Shown here: piece by piece, positions 28,538-39,068 of the stretch
Layout: each line of letters begins with the position of its first letter
Numbering within the stretch: position 1 is the first letter of the stretch
Source of the DNA: Candidatus Poribacteria bacterium
Lineage (GTDB): Bacteria; Poribacteria; WGA-4E; WGA-3G
DNA: 64,000 nucleotides
Assembly: GCA_965197475.1 (NCBI GenBank)
Contig: CBDANF010000002.1
Span: 512,001-576,000 of the forward strand
Direction of reading: 5' to 3'
The notes under the pieces: model-generated
Database searches by the model: none
What the model was told of the DNA's origin: nothing
The model's input: the letters and a program-made list of their open reading frames with translations, nothing else
Translations under genes and position numbers: made by a program

Positions 28538-30922
28538 TTATGAACTGATGTTTATTTCATAAGGCATCAATAGAAAGATTCGATGCTTCTTAATGATATT
28601 GATCAATTTTAAGCTGGGTGTTTGCCCAAACAATTGATGTCCAAGGGATCGGTAGAAATCTGACAGCAGTGATGTTCTTTCAGTAGATATGAGCCGTACG
28701 TTCCCCAATAAATGTGCTATCCAAGGTAGTTGAGGAAACCGGACAATCTCAACAGCCTTTTTTTCTAAACCTGCACGTTTTTGCGCTATTGATAGTGCTA
28801 CACTCAGTCCACCAAGTTCATCAACCAGTCCTTTCTCTTTCGCTTGTCTTCCTGTCCAGATGCGTCCGCGGGCGACTTTATCCACATCTTCTCTCGTTAA
28901 TTGCATTCTTCCGTGTGCGACTTTAGAGATAAAATCTTCATAAATCTCGTTGATTTGTTTCTGAACGATCTTCTGTTTGTCCGGAGGATAATCGCTATAA
29001 TCGCTGTAAAAGTCGGCATGTGCGCCCCGTGTGATAATTTCTTTCTTGATACCGAGTTTTTCGTACAATCCTTTGAAACTGTACTTTCCACCAATAACAC
29101 CAATTGAACCAGTAATGGTGCCGGGTTCAGCAACAATGACATCGGCAGGCGCGGCGATATAATATCCGCCAGATGCGGCGATGTCTGCCATAGAGACAAC
29201 AAGCGGCTTTACCTCTTTGAGCTGCATAAGTTGATGCCATATTATATCAGCCGCGATGACTAACCCACCACCGCTATCAATTCGTAAAACGACAGCTTTT
29301 ATTGATTCATCTTCGCGTGTTCTCTGTATTGCGCGAGCAATCGTAACTGCTCCCATGACTGCCGTGCCGGTGAATGGGTCAATAAAACTTTCTCCGGTTA
29401 ACATCATCCCTTTTGCTTCAATAATGGCGATTTTGGGTTTTGGAACTGACCAATTGTACGGGTACAATCCACTTTTTAGGTAATCATTGATGTTAACAAG
29501 AGAAACATCACTTTCTGCAAGTTTGCTTGCTCTATGCTCCAGTCCATCCACATAAACAAGTTCGTCTACAATTTTAGATCTAAGTGCTCCAATAGCAGTA
29601 TAGGGTCCATGATCAATTAGTTGCTTAACGTATTCAGGTGTCCACCCGCGTCCTTTTGCAATATCTGCCGTGAGTTGGTCGTACAGGTCATCAAGGATTG
29701 CGTTTTGATTTTCGCGATGTCGTTCTGACATATCGTTCCGAGTGAAAGATTCTGATGCAGATTTATATTCGCCAATATGTTCAAGATGTGCTTGAATACC
29801 GATTTTGTCCAATGCACCTTTGTAGAAGGAGCGTTCAGCCCGTAAACCGATGAGGCGCACCTCAGAACTTGGATGCATTAAGATGGCATCACATGCCGAA
29901 GCTACGATGTAATCGCCAGTGGAGCAATTGGTGATATAGCACATAACAACTCTGCCTGATTCCTTGAATTCCATAATAGCATCGCGTATCTCTTGAAATT
30001 GTCCTATTCCGTAACTGCTCCCGTTAATTCGGATTAAGACACCAGCGACATCTTCGTCCCATTTAGCGATTCGGAGTGTTGTGTTAAGTTGGCGCATTTC
30101 CAAGTCAAGAAAAAGGCGTTTACGAGGGATTGGTTTAGTTATGGAGGCAGTTGAAAAGTGAAAGTAACCGACACCAGCCCTTGTTTTCCTGTTTTCATCA
30201 AAATAGTTTGCCGTGCCGATGCCGAAATTCCCGATGTTGATGCCGAAACGGATATCAAAACTGCTATCGCTGTTGTATGTGCCGCGGAGCATAAGTTCAC
30301 GGATTGGGCGAATTTCAATAGCGTAACTAAGGTCAATTTCACTCACATCTTGTGTTTTCCGCATATCCACTGAAAAAGTAGCGCGCCATGTTCCTGGCCT
30401 CAGTGCGGCACCTAAATCATAGGTTCGTCCTAATTTTTGATTCATAAATTTCGGTCGATTGAGGTCACGTCCAATTGCGCCTATTGAGATATAACGTCGC
30501 TGATACATCAACCCAACAGAGATCGATTTAAATCGGTCATAAAACCTGTTATCCGAGTTAATCCAACTATAGTTTGATCCCCAATACAGTGCACTACCAA
30601 AATAGTGTCCAACAGAAAGACTGTAACGCGTAAAGTTAATGTCGTTTGCAGCGTTTACAAATTCCATGCTGAATCCAGTACCTGGTGCCGAGATAAAGAG
30701 CGCATCGTCACCTGGCCAATCACTGTGATATGTTCGTAGATAGTATAAATTCAACGCGCGGTTGGTACCTAAACCCGCAGGATTAAAAAAAGTCGCCAAT
30801 GCATCATCGCTCATAGCAACGGAATTTGGGGGGAGATGGCTGCGTATCTTCGGTGAATCCGCTGTAGCAAGAATTGGGAACAAACTACAGATCAAGAGGA
30901 TATTAACTAATTTTTTCCGCAT
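28538..30922 (-). CDS. sppA: Signal peptide peptidase SppA (67K type) with N-terminal beta-barrel-like domain
   Basis: GEYKSA, LRIDSGGG, SMADIAASGGYY, TGSIGV, GRIWTG; N-terminal FFNPAGLG. Confidence 0.9.
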   Translation of the reverse strand: MRKKLVNILLICSLFPILATADSPKIRSHLPPNSVAMSDDALATFFNPAGLGTNRALNLYYLRTYHSDWPGDDALFISAPGTGFSMEFVNAANDINFTRYSLSVGHYFGSALYWGSNYSWINSDNRFYDRFKSISVGLMYQRRYISIGAIGRDLNRPKFMNQKLGRTYDLGAALRPGTWRATFSVDMRKTQDVSEIDLSYAIEIRPIRELMLRGTYNSDSSFDIRFGINIGNFGIGTANYFDENRKTRAGVGYFHFSTASITKPIPRKRLFLDLEMRQLNTTLRIAKWDEDVAGVLIRINGSSYGIGQFQEIRDAIMEFKESGRVVMCYITNCSTGDYIVASACDAILMHPSSEVRLIGLRAERSFYKGALDKIGIQAHLEHIGEYKSASESFTRNDMSERHRENQNAILDDLYDQLTADIAKGRGWTPEYVKQLIDHGPYTAIGALRSKIVDELVYVDGLEHRASKLAESDVSLVNINDYLKSGLYPYNWSVPKPKIAIIEAKGMMLTGESFIDPFTGTAVMGAVTIARAIQRTREDESIKAVVLRIDSGGGLVIAADIIWHQLMQLKEVKPLVVSMADIAASGGYYIAAPADVIVAEPGTITGSIGVIGGKYSFKGLYEKLGIKKEIITRGAHADFYSDYSDYPPDKQKIVQKQINEIYEDFISKVAHGRMQLTREDVDKVARGRIWTGRQAKEKGLVDELGGLSVALSIAQKRAGLEKKAVEIVRFPQLPWIAHLLGNVRLISTERTSLLSDFYRSLGHQLFGQTPSLKLINIIKKHRIFLLMPYEINISS

Positions 30923-31303
30923 ACTCAAAGAATTGTCCTCTTTGGGGTGGTCGAAATTTATTTTTATACAATACCATATTTCTAAAAAAATGGCAAGAGA
31001 AAAGTTGTATAGGCAAAACGTAACATTGTACTTATTCTAATCCAAAACAGGTGGCGATAGATTGCTTTTAACTATTGTGTGAGGTATACATTAGCACATA
31101 TTCTGCTAATTGTCAAAATTAATTAACTGCCATTTAGGACTATTTAGTTTTAAGCTTTTTGTCCATTTTAGCCGAAAAGTCGCGATCGGGAGGTCGCTCA
31201 CGCCAATGCCATAAGCGCATTTGACGTTGATTCACGGCGGAGAATCTTAAACCGAAATCTAACTGAATCTTATCCTGTAGGCATAAGCCAGGAGCATCAA
31301 ACT

Positions 31304-31510
31304 GTGTCAAATTTTTCCATTGATGTAAAAGCTGGCGGTACCTACCTTTTGAAAGGTGAATTTGCCAATGATGCCGGAGACGAATTTTGCTTTGAATTAA
31401 TCGATACAGATGAAGTCGTTAGCGAACCCAAGACATCTGGCAAATCTACATTCAATTTTCAAGATTCCGGCAATTATTCATTTCAGACGGAAGGTGAATT
31501 TCATTTCTAA
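31304..31510 (+). CDS. Small acidic hypothetical protein
   Basis: AGGAG RBS, GTG start, beta-rich composition. Confidence 0.35.
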   Translation: MSNFSIDVKAGGTYLLKGEFANDAGDEFCFELIDTDEVVSEPKTSGKSTFNFQDSGNYSFQTEGEFHF

Positions 31511-31552
31511 CAGAAGGTAAAATAAAATGGTGAATTTTGCCTATTGTTGATG

Positions 31553-32176
31553 TTAGTTGAACACAGGTTCACTACCAGAAACTTCAGTTGTCGCTTTGAA
31601 GATAGAATTAACAGCACCGAATAAAATAGGCAAATTAGCCAAAGTAAAGTTTGTTCTGTTTCGCGTAAAGGTGTCGTCAACAAGTCGTCCAAATTCCCAT
31701 AATGTTCCGTCGGTGACAATACCGTAGACAGGAAAAGACGGATCGTCATTTATCTTTTGGGCAGCAACCAACTCAGATAAACATTGCCCCCATCCTTGTT
31801 CAAAGTCGTTCTTTTTTGCCTCAACTAACATTATCAAAGGTGTGCCAACAACGGTTAAACCTAATTCGGATTTCGTAGAGATAAGGTAATCCGGGGTGCC
31901 GTTTAGGGTTTCATCATAAGTGATGGGTTCCTTTATCCATAAGGCATAACTATCAGCATATCTTTTGTAGACCTCTCTTAAGATAGGAAAGATTACAGCC
32001 TCACATCTTGATGCCTCAGACGAAAAAACATTGATGTGTTGCAAACTAAACTCAAAATCCTGCAGAAATTGTTCAGAAGGTTTTGCTTCCTCGACTTCGA
32101 AAAAGTCATTTGCCGAGTATCTGATTCTAAATTTTTCTTGAACTTCAGAAATCTTTTTGAAATCGCTAAATGCCAT
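31553..32176 (-). CDS. PD-(D/E)xK nuclease-fold protein (HsdR-N-like), paralog 1
   Basis: GTPDYL...VEAKKNDFEQGWGQCLSEL...YGIVTDG. Confidence 0.8.
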   Translation of the reverse strand: MAFSDFKKISEVQEKFRIRYSANDFFEVEEAKPSEQFLQDFEFSLQHINVFSSEASRCEAVIFPILREVYKRYADSYALWIKEPITYDETLNGTPDYLISTKSELGLTVVGTPLIMLVEAKKNDFEQGWGQCLSELVAAQKINDDPSFPVYGIVTDGTLWEFGRLVDDTFTRNRTNFTLANLPILFGAVNSIFKATTEVSGSEPVFN

Positions 32177-32217
32177 AAGTTTTTTCTCCCTTAAATTCTG
32201 AAGTTGCTATAGATTGG

Positions 32218-33732
32218 TTAAGCATACGATAGTCGTTCAACTCGGTTCTCCAATGTTTCCATTTGCTCAAGGATTGCACCGATGAGTTGTGCTTTATCAG
32301 CTGCATAAGCAGGATTGTCCCACTGATTGACTCGTTCTGTTGGGTCATCTGCCAGATCGTAAAGTTCACCATACGGATGTCCACAATACCATGTCAACTT
32401 CCGTGTGTCAGTTACAATAGTCTTGAGGCGTAAGCCTTGCGGGTCGTCTATACATTCAATTAATACTGAATCTCGCACGTTATCTTGTTCTCCAGTGAGC
32501 ATCGGCATCGCATCAACACCATCTGTATCTGATGGGATTGGCAATCCAGCAGCTGCGAGCATGGTTGGGACAATATCAACGTGGCTGAATAGTGCTTGTG
32601 TACGCTGTCCAGATGGAATAACTGCAGGATACCGCATCAATGTCGGCACTCTGACAAGCTGCTCATAATGGAAAGGTCCCTTCATCCAGAGTCCGTGGTC
32701 ACCCAGAAGTTCACCGTGATCGGTAGTAAACAGGACCAATGTCCTTTCGGTCAATCCGCGCGCATCAAGACATTCCAAAATACGTCCCATCTGCTGATCA
32801 ATAATCTTCACCATATTGTAATAGTATGCTCTGCCTAACCGCGCATCGTCTTCGGAAACTTTGCGAAAATCTGCACCACCGCCTTGCCCAGCGATTGCAA
32901 ACCTTCCACGAATCTTTGATTTACCAAGTTGTCCACAACGTGCTTCCATAAAATGGGGTGGCTTGTCGTCCAATTCACCCTCAATGAAGTCTGGGAGTGA
33001 CACCTCTGCAGGATCAACACGTTCCTGAAATTCTGTTGGCACGCAATGTGGATGGTGTGGATCTTGAAAGCCAACTGCTAACAAAAACGGTTGTTCGGCA
33101 GAATGGTTTGTCAGAAAATCTATTGTCCGATCAGCAGTCCAAACACTATTGTGGTATTTTAAGGATATGTCCCAATCGTGGGCACCGCCGCCAAATCCTA
33201 CTTTTGAGAGATGTGTTGCTTTGCTGTAACTCGCAAATGTCTCTTGGGAAACTTGAGACTTTACCCATTCACCGTAATGACCAGCGAGTCCATAGGTTGC
33301 ATGTCCGAGTGCCAATTCTATTGTCTCAAATCCGTAGTAGGGACCGCGAAATTCGGGATAACGATCTGTATTGCCTCGCGTTTCAATCGATTGTTCGGGA
33401 GATGCACCGAAGGGTTGAAAATGCGCTTTACCGATATAGTGCGTGCGATACCCGACATCTGAAAGTCGATGTGAGATCATCGGTTCGTCTTCAGGGACGT
33501 TCATGCCGACGTTCCACGCACCGTGTCGACTGACATATTTTCCTGAAAAGATTGAGGCACGGGCAGGCGTACATACCGGATTTGCACAATACGCACGTTC
33601 AAGACAAACCCCTTCAGAGGCGAGTTTATCCAGATGGGGTGTATCTGTAAATGTTGAACCGTAGCAGCTGAGGCTATCTGTTCGTTGTTGATCTGTTGTG
33701 ATAATAAGGATATTGGGGCGTTGTGTATTCAT
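32218..33732 (-). CDS. Sulfatase (Cys-type formylglycine)
   Basis: PNILIITTDQQR, CTPARAS, GKAH, PHHPH, TDHG..LGDHG. Confidence 0.93.
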   Translation of the reverse strand: MNTQRPNILIITTDQQRTDSLSCYGSTFTDTPHLDKLASEGVCLERAYCANPVCTPARASIFSGKYVSRHGAWNVGMNVPEDEPMISHRLSDVGYRTHYIGKAHFQPFGASPEQSIETRGNTDRYPEFRGPYYGFETIELALGHATYGLAGHYGEWVKSQVSQETFASYSKATHLSKVGFGGGAHDWDISLKYHNSVWTADRTIDFLTNHSAEQPFLLAVGFQDPHHPHCVPTEFQERVDPAEVSLPDFIEGELDDKPPHFMEARCGQLGKSKIRGRFAIAGQGGGADFRKVSEDDARLGRAYYYNMVKIIDQQMGRILECLDARGLTERTLVLFTTDHGELLGDHGLWMKGPFHYEQLVRVPTLMRYPAVIPSGQRTQALFSHVDIVPTMLAAAGLPIPSDTDGVDAMPMLTGEQDNVRDSVLIECIDDPQGLRLKTIVTDTRKLTWYCGHPYGELYDLADDPTERVNQWDNPAYAADKAQLIGAILEQMETLENRVERLSYA

Positions 33733-33763
33733 TAGGTATTTTATTTTCTCAATATTGACAAAC

Positions 33764-34363
33764 TTAATTTTCTTGTATTGCTTTGAAGACAGAGTCCACA
33801 GCACCAAATAGAACAGGTAAATCAGCTAAAGTAAAGTTAGTTCGATTTCGTGTAAAAACATCTCCAACAAGTTTTCCAAATTCCCATACCGTTCCATCGG
33901 TAACAATACCATAAACGGGAAAATCAGGGTCGTCATTTATTTTTTGCGCGGCAACCAACTCAGCCAAACATTGTCCCCACCCCTGTTCAAAGTCGTTCTT
34001 TTTCGCCTCAACCATCATTATCAAAGGCATTCCGACAACAGTAATGCCCAATTCAGATTTGGTAGCGACAAGATAATCTGGCGTGCCATTCAAAGTCTCA
34101 TCATAAGTAATGGATTTCTTTACCCAAAGTCCATAGTTTTCAGCATAATCTTTGTAGATCTCTCTTAAAATAGGGAATATAACCACTTCACATCTTGATC
34201 CCTCTGATGTAAAAAAATCAATATGTTGCTTACTAAACTCAAGTTCTTTCAGAAATTGTTCTGAAGGATCTTTTGCCTCAACTCCAAAAAAATCGTTATA
34301 CGAGTATTTGATGTTAAATTTTTCTTGAACCTCAGAAATTGTCTTAAAATCGCTAAATGCCAT
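33764..34363 (-). CDS. PD-(D/E)xK nuclease-fold protein, paralog 2
   Basis: Highly similar to 31553-32176 (MAFSDFK...VEAKKNDFEQGWGQCLAEL); GGAGG RBS. Confidence 0.8.
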   Translation of the reverse strand: MAFSDFKTISEVQEKFNIKYSYNDFFGVEAKDPSEQFLKELEFSKQHIDFFTSEGSRCEVVIFPILREIYKDYAENYGLWVKKSITYDETLNGTPDYLVATKSELGITVVGMPLIMMVEAKKNDFEQGWGQCLAELVAAQKINDDPDFPVYGIVTDGTVWEFGKLVGDVFTRNRTNFTLADLPVLFGAVDSVFKAIQEN

Positions 34364-34415
34364 GAGTGCTACCTCCCATAATTTCAATTTAAGATTATTT
34401 GAAGTGAGTTATAGA

Positions 34416-35237
34416 CTACGAACAAAAAGGTTTTAAATAAGCATAACTCTGTTCCGCAGCGTCTTCAGGTTCCATTATCTCCCGGAACGCTTGATGTACC
34501 GTTACATAACCATTGTAACCGATTGCTTTTAAACTGCTAAACACTAATGGGAAATCAATTCCACCTTCATCTTGTAAGCGGATCGGATCGTGTGGCACCT
34601 CGCCTTGAATCCACGTCAAAAGACGTGTCTTTCCTTCTGGTCTGCGGACGTGGTTCTGAAGATAGACGTTGAACAGATATGGCGAAAACTTCTTTAGGGT
34701 TTCAATACCGTAATCCTGCGCGCACAAGTCAAGATTTGCTGGTTCATAAATAATGCCGAAATTCTTTCTGTTGACACGTTTTAGCACATCAATCGAACCT
34801 TCTACTGTTTCAAATAGACTTTGTGTATGGGATTGGTGTGCAAGACGGATACCGCGTTCTGCGGCTTCGTCGGATGCGCGTTGTGCCCAAAGAATATCCT
34901 CCTCAACCTTCATAGCAATGCGAATGAGGTCTGATTCGAGAAGTTCAGTCAGATCAAGATACGGTGTTATATTGCGAAGTCCATTAGGTCCTTCATCGTT
35001 GTTAAGTGGCACGGGAAAGTCGCCGGTAATCATAGAGACTTTTAGGTTCAGCGAGTCTGCTTGTTTGCGTGCGGTGGTAATCTGCTCCAGAGGTGAATGG
35101 ATACCGATTTGGGAGGCGCGCATACACATTGCCTTGTAGCCGAGGTTTGCTGCCAGTTCTGTTAGTTGCACAAAGGTGTGGGTGGCATCCCTTTTTGAGG
35201 CGTTTTCTGCGACGCGAACGGAGAGCGATAGTTTCAT
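34416..35237 (-). CDS. Sugar phosphate isomerase/epimerase TIM barrel
   Basis: NFGIIYEPAN, GYNGYVTVH. Confidence 0.75.
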   Translation of the reverse strand: MKLSLSVRVAENASKRDATHTFVQLTELAANLGYKAMCMRASQIGIHSPLEQITTARKQADSLNLKVSMITGDFPVPLNNDEGPNGLRNITPYLDLTELLESDLIRIAMKVEEDILWAQRASDEAAERGIRLAHQSHTQSLFETVEGSIDVLKRVNRKNFGIIYEPANLDLCAQDYGIETLKKFSPYLFNVYLQNHVRRPEGKTRLLTWIQGEVPHDPIRLQDEGGIDFPLVFSSLKAIGYNGYVTVHQAFREIMEPEDAAEQSYAYLKPFCS

Positions 35238-35273
35238 ATTTAACGTGTCTCCAAGACCAATGGATAGGTTCTG

Positions 35274-36122
35274 CTACAGTAGAATATCGGCGATTGAAAG
35301 TGCCATCAACACCAGACTAATCATGCCGTTCAGTGTGAAAAATGCAAGATTGACGCGGGATAGGTCATCCGGTTTGACGATGGCATGTTCATAGATAAAG
35401 ATAAACACAACGATCCAGACACCAACGAAGTAGAAATGTCCCATTTCTGCGAAACGAGGAATACAAAACAGGAGAAAAACAGCAACAACATGCAGCGCAG
35501 ATGAAACCCATAATGCCCAACGATTACCGATCCGCGCTGGGATAGAATGAAGCCCATGTTTTCTGTCGAAATTAACGTCTTGGCATGCATAAATGATGTC
35601 AAAACCTGCTGTCCAAAGCAACACAACACAGCAGAGAATTATCGGTGTCCAATCAAATTGCCCCTTAATTGCAATCCACGCACCTACGGGTGAAATGGAG
35701 AGCGCAAGTCCTAACCACAAATGCGAAAGTGCAGTGAACCGTTTGGTATATGAATATCCCATAATTACGGCAAGGGCAACCGGGGATAACGCAAACGCAA
35801 GCGGGTTCAATCGCCATGCTGCACATACCAACAAACCTGCCGAAACGAGTGTAAAAAACCATACTGCCCCTTTTGTGATTAATCCTGCTGGAATTGCGCG
35901 CGTTGCTGTCCGTGGGTTTTCGCTATCAATTTCAGCATCGGCAAGGCGATTGAATGCCATGGCGCAGCTGCGCGCACCAACCATCGCCACGAGGATCCAT
36001 CCTAGTTTCGTCAGCGATGGAAGCCCTTCCGCAGCAATAAACGCGCTCATAATGGCGAACGGGAGCGCGAACACGGTATGTTCAAATTTTATCATTTCAA
36101 GGATAATTTTGAGTTTTCGCAT
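35274..36122 (-). CDS. ubiA: UbiA-family polyprenyltransferase (MqnP-like)
   Basis: IKFEHTVFALPF, NRLADAEIDSENPRT, YSYTKRF, GFDIIYACQD. Confidence 0.9.
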   Translation of the reverse strand: MRKLKIILEMIKFEHTVFALPFAIMSAFIAAEGLPSLTKLGWILVAMVGARSCAMAFNRLADAEIDSENPRTATRAIPAGLITKGAVWFFTLVSAGLLVCAAWRLNPLAFALSPVALAVIMGYSYTKRFTALSHLWLGLALSISPVGAWIAIKGQFDWTPIILCCVVLLWTAGFDIIYACQDVNFDRKHGLHSIPARIGNRWALWVSSALHVVAVFLLFCIPRFAEMGHFYFVGVWIVVFIFIYEHAIVKPDDLSRVNLAFFTLNGMISLVLMALSIADILL

Positions 36123-36129
36123 CAACGTC

Positions 36130-36720
36130 CTATTCTTTCCAACGTTGGGTCAGTCCCGAATCTATACCGAACTGATCTAAGATTTTCGTTACAACAAAGT
36201 TGATCTGGTCATCAACCGTTTTGGGAAAGTGGTAAAACCCCGGCATCGCAGGCAATATACACACCCCAATGCGTGACAATTTGAGCATGTTTTCAAGATG
36301 GATGGAACTGAGCGGCGTTTCACGCGGTACAATGACAAGTTTACGGCGTTCCTTGATACAGACGTCTGCTGCACGTTGGATAAGATTACGCGAAATACCC
36401 GCTGCAATAGAGGCGACAGAGCCCATACTACACGGCACCACAATCATCCCCTCCGTGCGGAAAGAACCGCTTGCGATGGATGCGCCAATATTAGATTCAT
36501 GATGATAAATGACCTGCTCCGTATCAACACCAATTAGCGATTCCAACCGAAATTTATCAATGTCTACTTCAATCTGTAGTTCTTCCCACAACGCTCGCGC
36601 GCCAGATTTAGAGATCGTCAAATGCACTTCTATATCTTCACGTTTTGTGAGGACTTCAAGAAGACGTACCCCGTAAACGACTGCACTTGCACCTGTGATA
36701 CCGACAATTAATCGCTTCAC
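36130..36720 (-). CDS. ubiX: Flavin prenyltransferase UbiX
   Basis: GITGAS, IASGS, PCSMG, RAADV.IKERR, RETP, PAMPGFY. Confidence 0.95.
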   Translation of the reverse strand: MKRLIVGITGASAVVYGVRLLEVLTKREDIEVHLTISKSGARALWEELQIEVDIDKFRLESLIGVDTEQVIYHHESNIGASIASGSFRTEGMIVVPCSMGSVASIAAGISRNLIQRAADVCIKERRKLVIVPRETPLSSIHLENMLKLSRIGVCILPAMPGFYHFPKTVDDQINFVVTKILDQFGIDSGLTQRWKE

Positions 36721-38001
36721 TTAGTGCGTCTCCGATGTAAACGGCAGTAGGTTGCCTGTTGCGTCAAATTCGAAAGGAAGTGTTTCACCCGTAACTTCAA
36801 GGTTTGAGTGTAGTTGCACATCTTCAAGGAGTGCTTCAGAGATGTCAAGTTCTGTTAATCTTAACGTGCTCTCAATCCGAATAACGCGTGCGTTCTCGGG
36901 TTTTGTCAAACCGATAGTGTCAAGTGCTACTTCAATCGCTTCTCTGTCTGTATCGTAGTAGAACGGAATCTTTGATTTCTGCGGTCCGAGTGCGGTGATA
37001 CCGTTCATATAGGTTGCGTGTCGGTCAATCTGGTCGATAAGCCGCGTTGTAGTAAAATCTGCAAGACCGATACCAGTTGCATTGCCATCACTCTCTTCGG
37101 TAAGATCACGGACAAATATGCGTAGGATGGCGGGTTTGAGGGGTTCAGGCTCAAAATTCTGCATCATCCTGCCGATAACGTTTGAATCCATCCCTGTCCC
37201 GCTGATATTTTTTCCTGCCCAATCTACAATCAATAAGTCAAGTTCATCAACAGGGAGTCTCCCCATCAACGATTTTGCTTCAACAAGGAGTTCGCGTTCA
37301 GTTTGTAGTAGGCGTGCGGCAGGGATTGCAACAGTTTTAGCGGTATCTTCATGCGCATTTTCAAGGAGTCCCAACCCAAAAGCGATCTTCCCTGTGTCAA
37401 GAATGAAACCACCAACCGCTGTGATAACGTGTTCAAAACCGTATTGAAAGAAAGCGCGGTGATAGAAGTTTGCCCCTTGCTGTTTACCAAGACCAATAAC
37501 CATCATTTTCATGAGACCGCTTTCAATAGAGCCGTTGAAATCTGTATGTGCTTTAATGCGATTCAGTGGCACAATGTGGTCTGCTTCTGCAGCGTAGCGA
37601 TCCATGAAAACAGGTAGGTCGTCAGCACCTGCATGTTGTAGACTACCGAGCTTCACAACCTCCATTGTTGCTTTTACTGGTGCACCCATGGTCGCTTCAG
37701 TGATGCCGTAATGTTCCAGTACGCTTCGCTGTCCTTCCGCGGTTGCGCCTCCGTGGCTTCCCATTGCCGGAACAACAAAAGGTTTCGCATCGAGACCTTT
37801 GAGATAATCAACAGTTGCCTTGACTGCGGTTGCAATATTGGCAACGCCACGACTACCGGCGGTTATTGCTACGGTTTCACCTGAGTGGATAATAGATGCA
37901 GCGTTAATCCGCTCTAATTCCTCATGGATTGCTGCGGGTAGAGAAGTGAGAACTGGTGCTTCAAAATGTTGTCGTACCCGTGCCATTTTTGGAAGTGCCA
38001 T
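36721..38001 (-). CDS. LarA/DUF2088-DUF362-like protein
   Basis: AITAGSRG, PAMGSHGGATAEGQ, NRIKAHTDF, GKNISGTGMD. Confidence 0.8.
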   Translation of the reverse strand: MALPKMARVRQHFEAPVLTSLPAAIHEELERINAASIIHSGETVAITAGSRGVANIATAVKATVDYLKGLDAKPFVVPAMGSHGGATAEGQRSVLEHYGITEATMGAPVKATMEVVKLGSLQHAGADDLPVFMDRYAAEADHIVPLNRIKAHTDFNGSIESGLMKMMVIGLGKQQGANFYHRAFFQYGFEHVITAVGGFILDTGKIAFGLGLLENAHEDTAKTVAIPAARLLQTERELLVEAKSLMGRLPVDELDLLIVDWAGKNISGTGMDSNVIGRMMQNFEPEPLKPAILRIFVRDLTEESDGNATGIGLADFTTTRLIDQIDRHATYMNGITALGPQKSKIPFYYDTDREAIEVALDTIGLTKPENARVIRIESTLRLTELDISEALLEDVQLHSNLEVTGETLPFEFDATGNLLPFTSETH

Positions 38002-38282
38002 TTGTTTACGTCCTTTGTATAATAAAGTACTGTCTTTACCAAAATCAACTTTTATGGGCAATTTTATCAGAAATAGGACAGAAATGCAAGAAAATTCAAA
38101 GTCAGTCTCAGATTTATCTGTTTCAACCTGATTCTGTAGTAAAATTGATTGATACTTTTTACGAATCCTATTACAATATATACAGCACGCGCTTTAGTAC
38201 GACTAAACTTTGGACATTTTAGAGTACTTGTGTGGTAGCAGGGGTAATAGAAACACCTTGTACATCAATATAAGATTTTGTT

Positions 38283-38358
38283 TATACACATTTCGCCCCG
38301 CTGGGGCTTACTGCGTTAAGGTTATCGTTTTCTATACACATTTCGCCCGCTGGGGCTG
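38283..38358. repeat. Two GCCCCGCTGGGGCT repeat units
   Basis: TATACACATTTCGCCCCGCTGGGGCT x2, same family as 22683-22913. Confidence 0.75.
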
Positions 38359-38514
38359 CTCTTTGCTGCACACGAAATACATTTTTCTGTGAGTTACGAA
38401 CCTGAACAAACTTGCAGAAAATAGAAAAATACTTGAAAACCCAACATGAAACTAACTAAAATTGTCCAAACTTTAGTTTAGTACGAATAAATTTAAAACA
38501 AAGAGAATGACACT

Positions 38515-38883
38515 ATGAATTCTGAACAACACGAAGCAGAAATTGCCGCTGAACAGGATGCTAAAACTGATGTCAACAAACTGGTTTGGATTTGTGTGGG
38601 ACTCTTTGGAAATATTATAGGAGTTCTAATTGCATACATCTATCAACCCACACCCCCAGCATCACGGCTTTTTGAGAAGTCGGAGGCGTATAAGGTGTTT
38701 TACACGGATACTTACAAAGTAAAAGCCCGGAACGTTCAACTCATCTATGCTGCCATCGGTTTAGCAATAATTGTTGGGATTTATATCATTATCCAAATAG
38801 TTGCGATAAGTATGATTGTGAACATTTCCAAGAAGGCTAGGCAGTTAGTTGGATTTTGTGGAGGTTCACTGCGTTCAATTTAA
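38515..38883 (+). CDS. Hypothetical 2-TM membrane protein
   Basis: AEQDAKTDVNKLVW...AYIYQPTPPASRL...YTDTY. Confidence 0.7.
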   Translation: MNSEQHEAEIAAEQDAKTDVNKLVWICVGLFGNIIGVLIAYIYQPTPPASRLFEKSEAYKVFYTDTYKVKARNVQLIYAAIGLAIIVGIYIIIQIVAISMIVNISKKARQLVGFCGGSLRSI

Positions 38884-39068
38884 ACCTATACCTCTGGACG
38901 AGTTGCATTTTAAAAACTTGTTACGTTATAATAAAATATAGGATAATAAAATATAGGAACGAACTCGCGGGCACCCACATTGCAAAGTCCAAAACGGAAA
39001 GGATAACCAAGAAAATGGTGAAATCTAATTTTTTTATAGCAAATTTTGGCTTGCACATTAAGACAAAT

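Noticed and set aside
31553-34363. DGR template/variable repeat pair
   Set aside because: Both are whole ORFs, differences are not adenine-specific, and no reverse transcriptase is in the window
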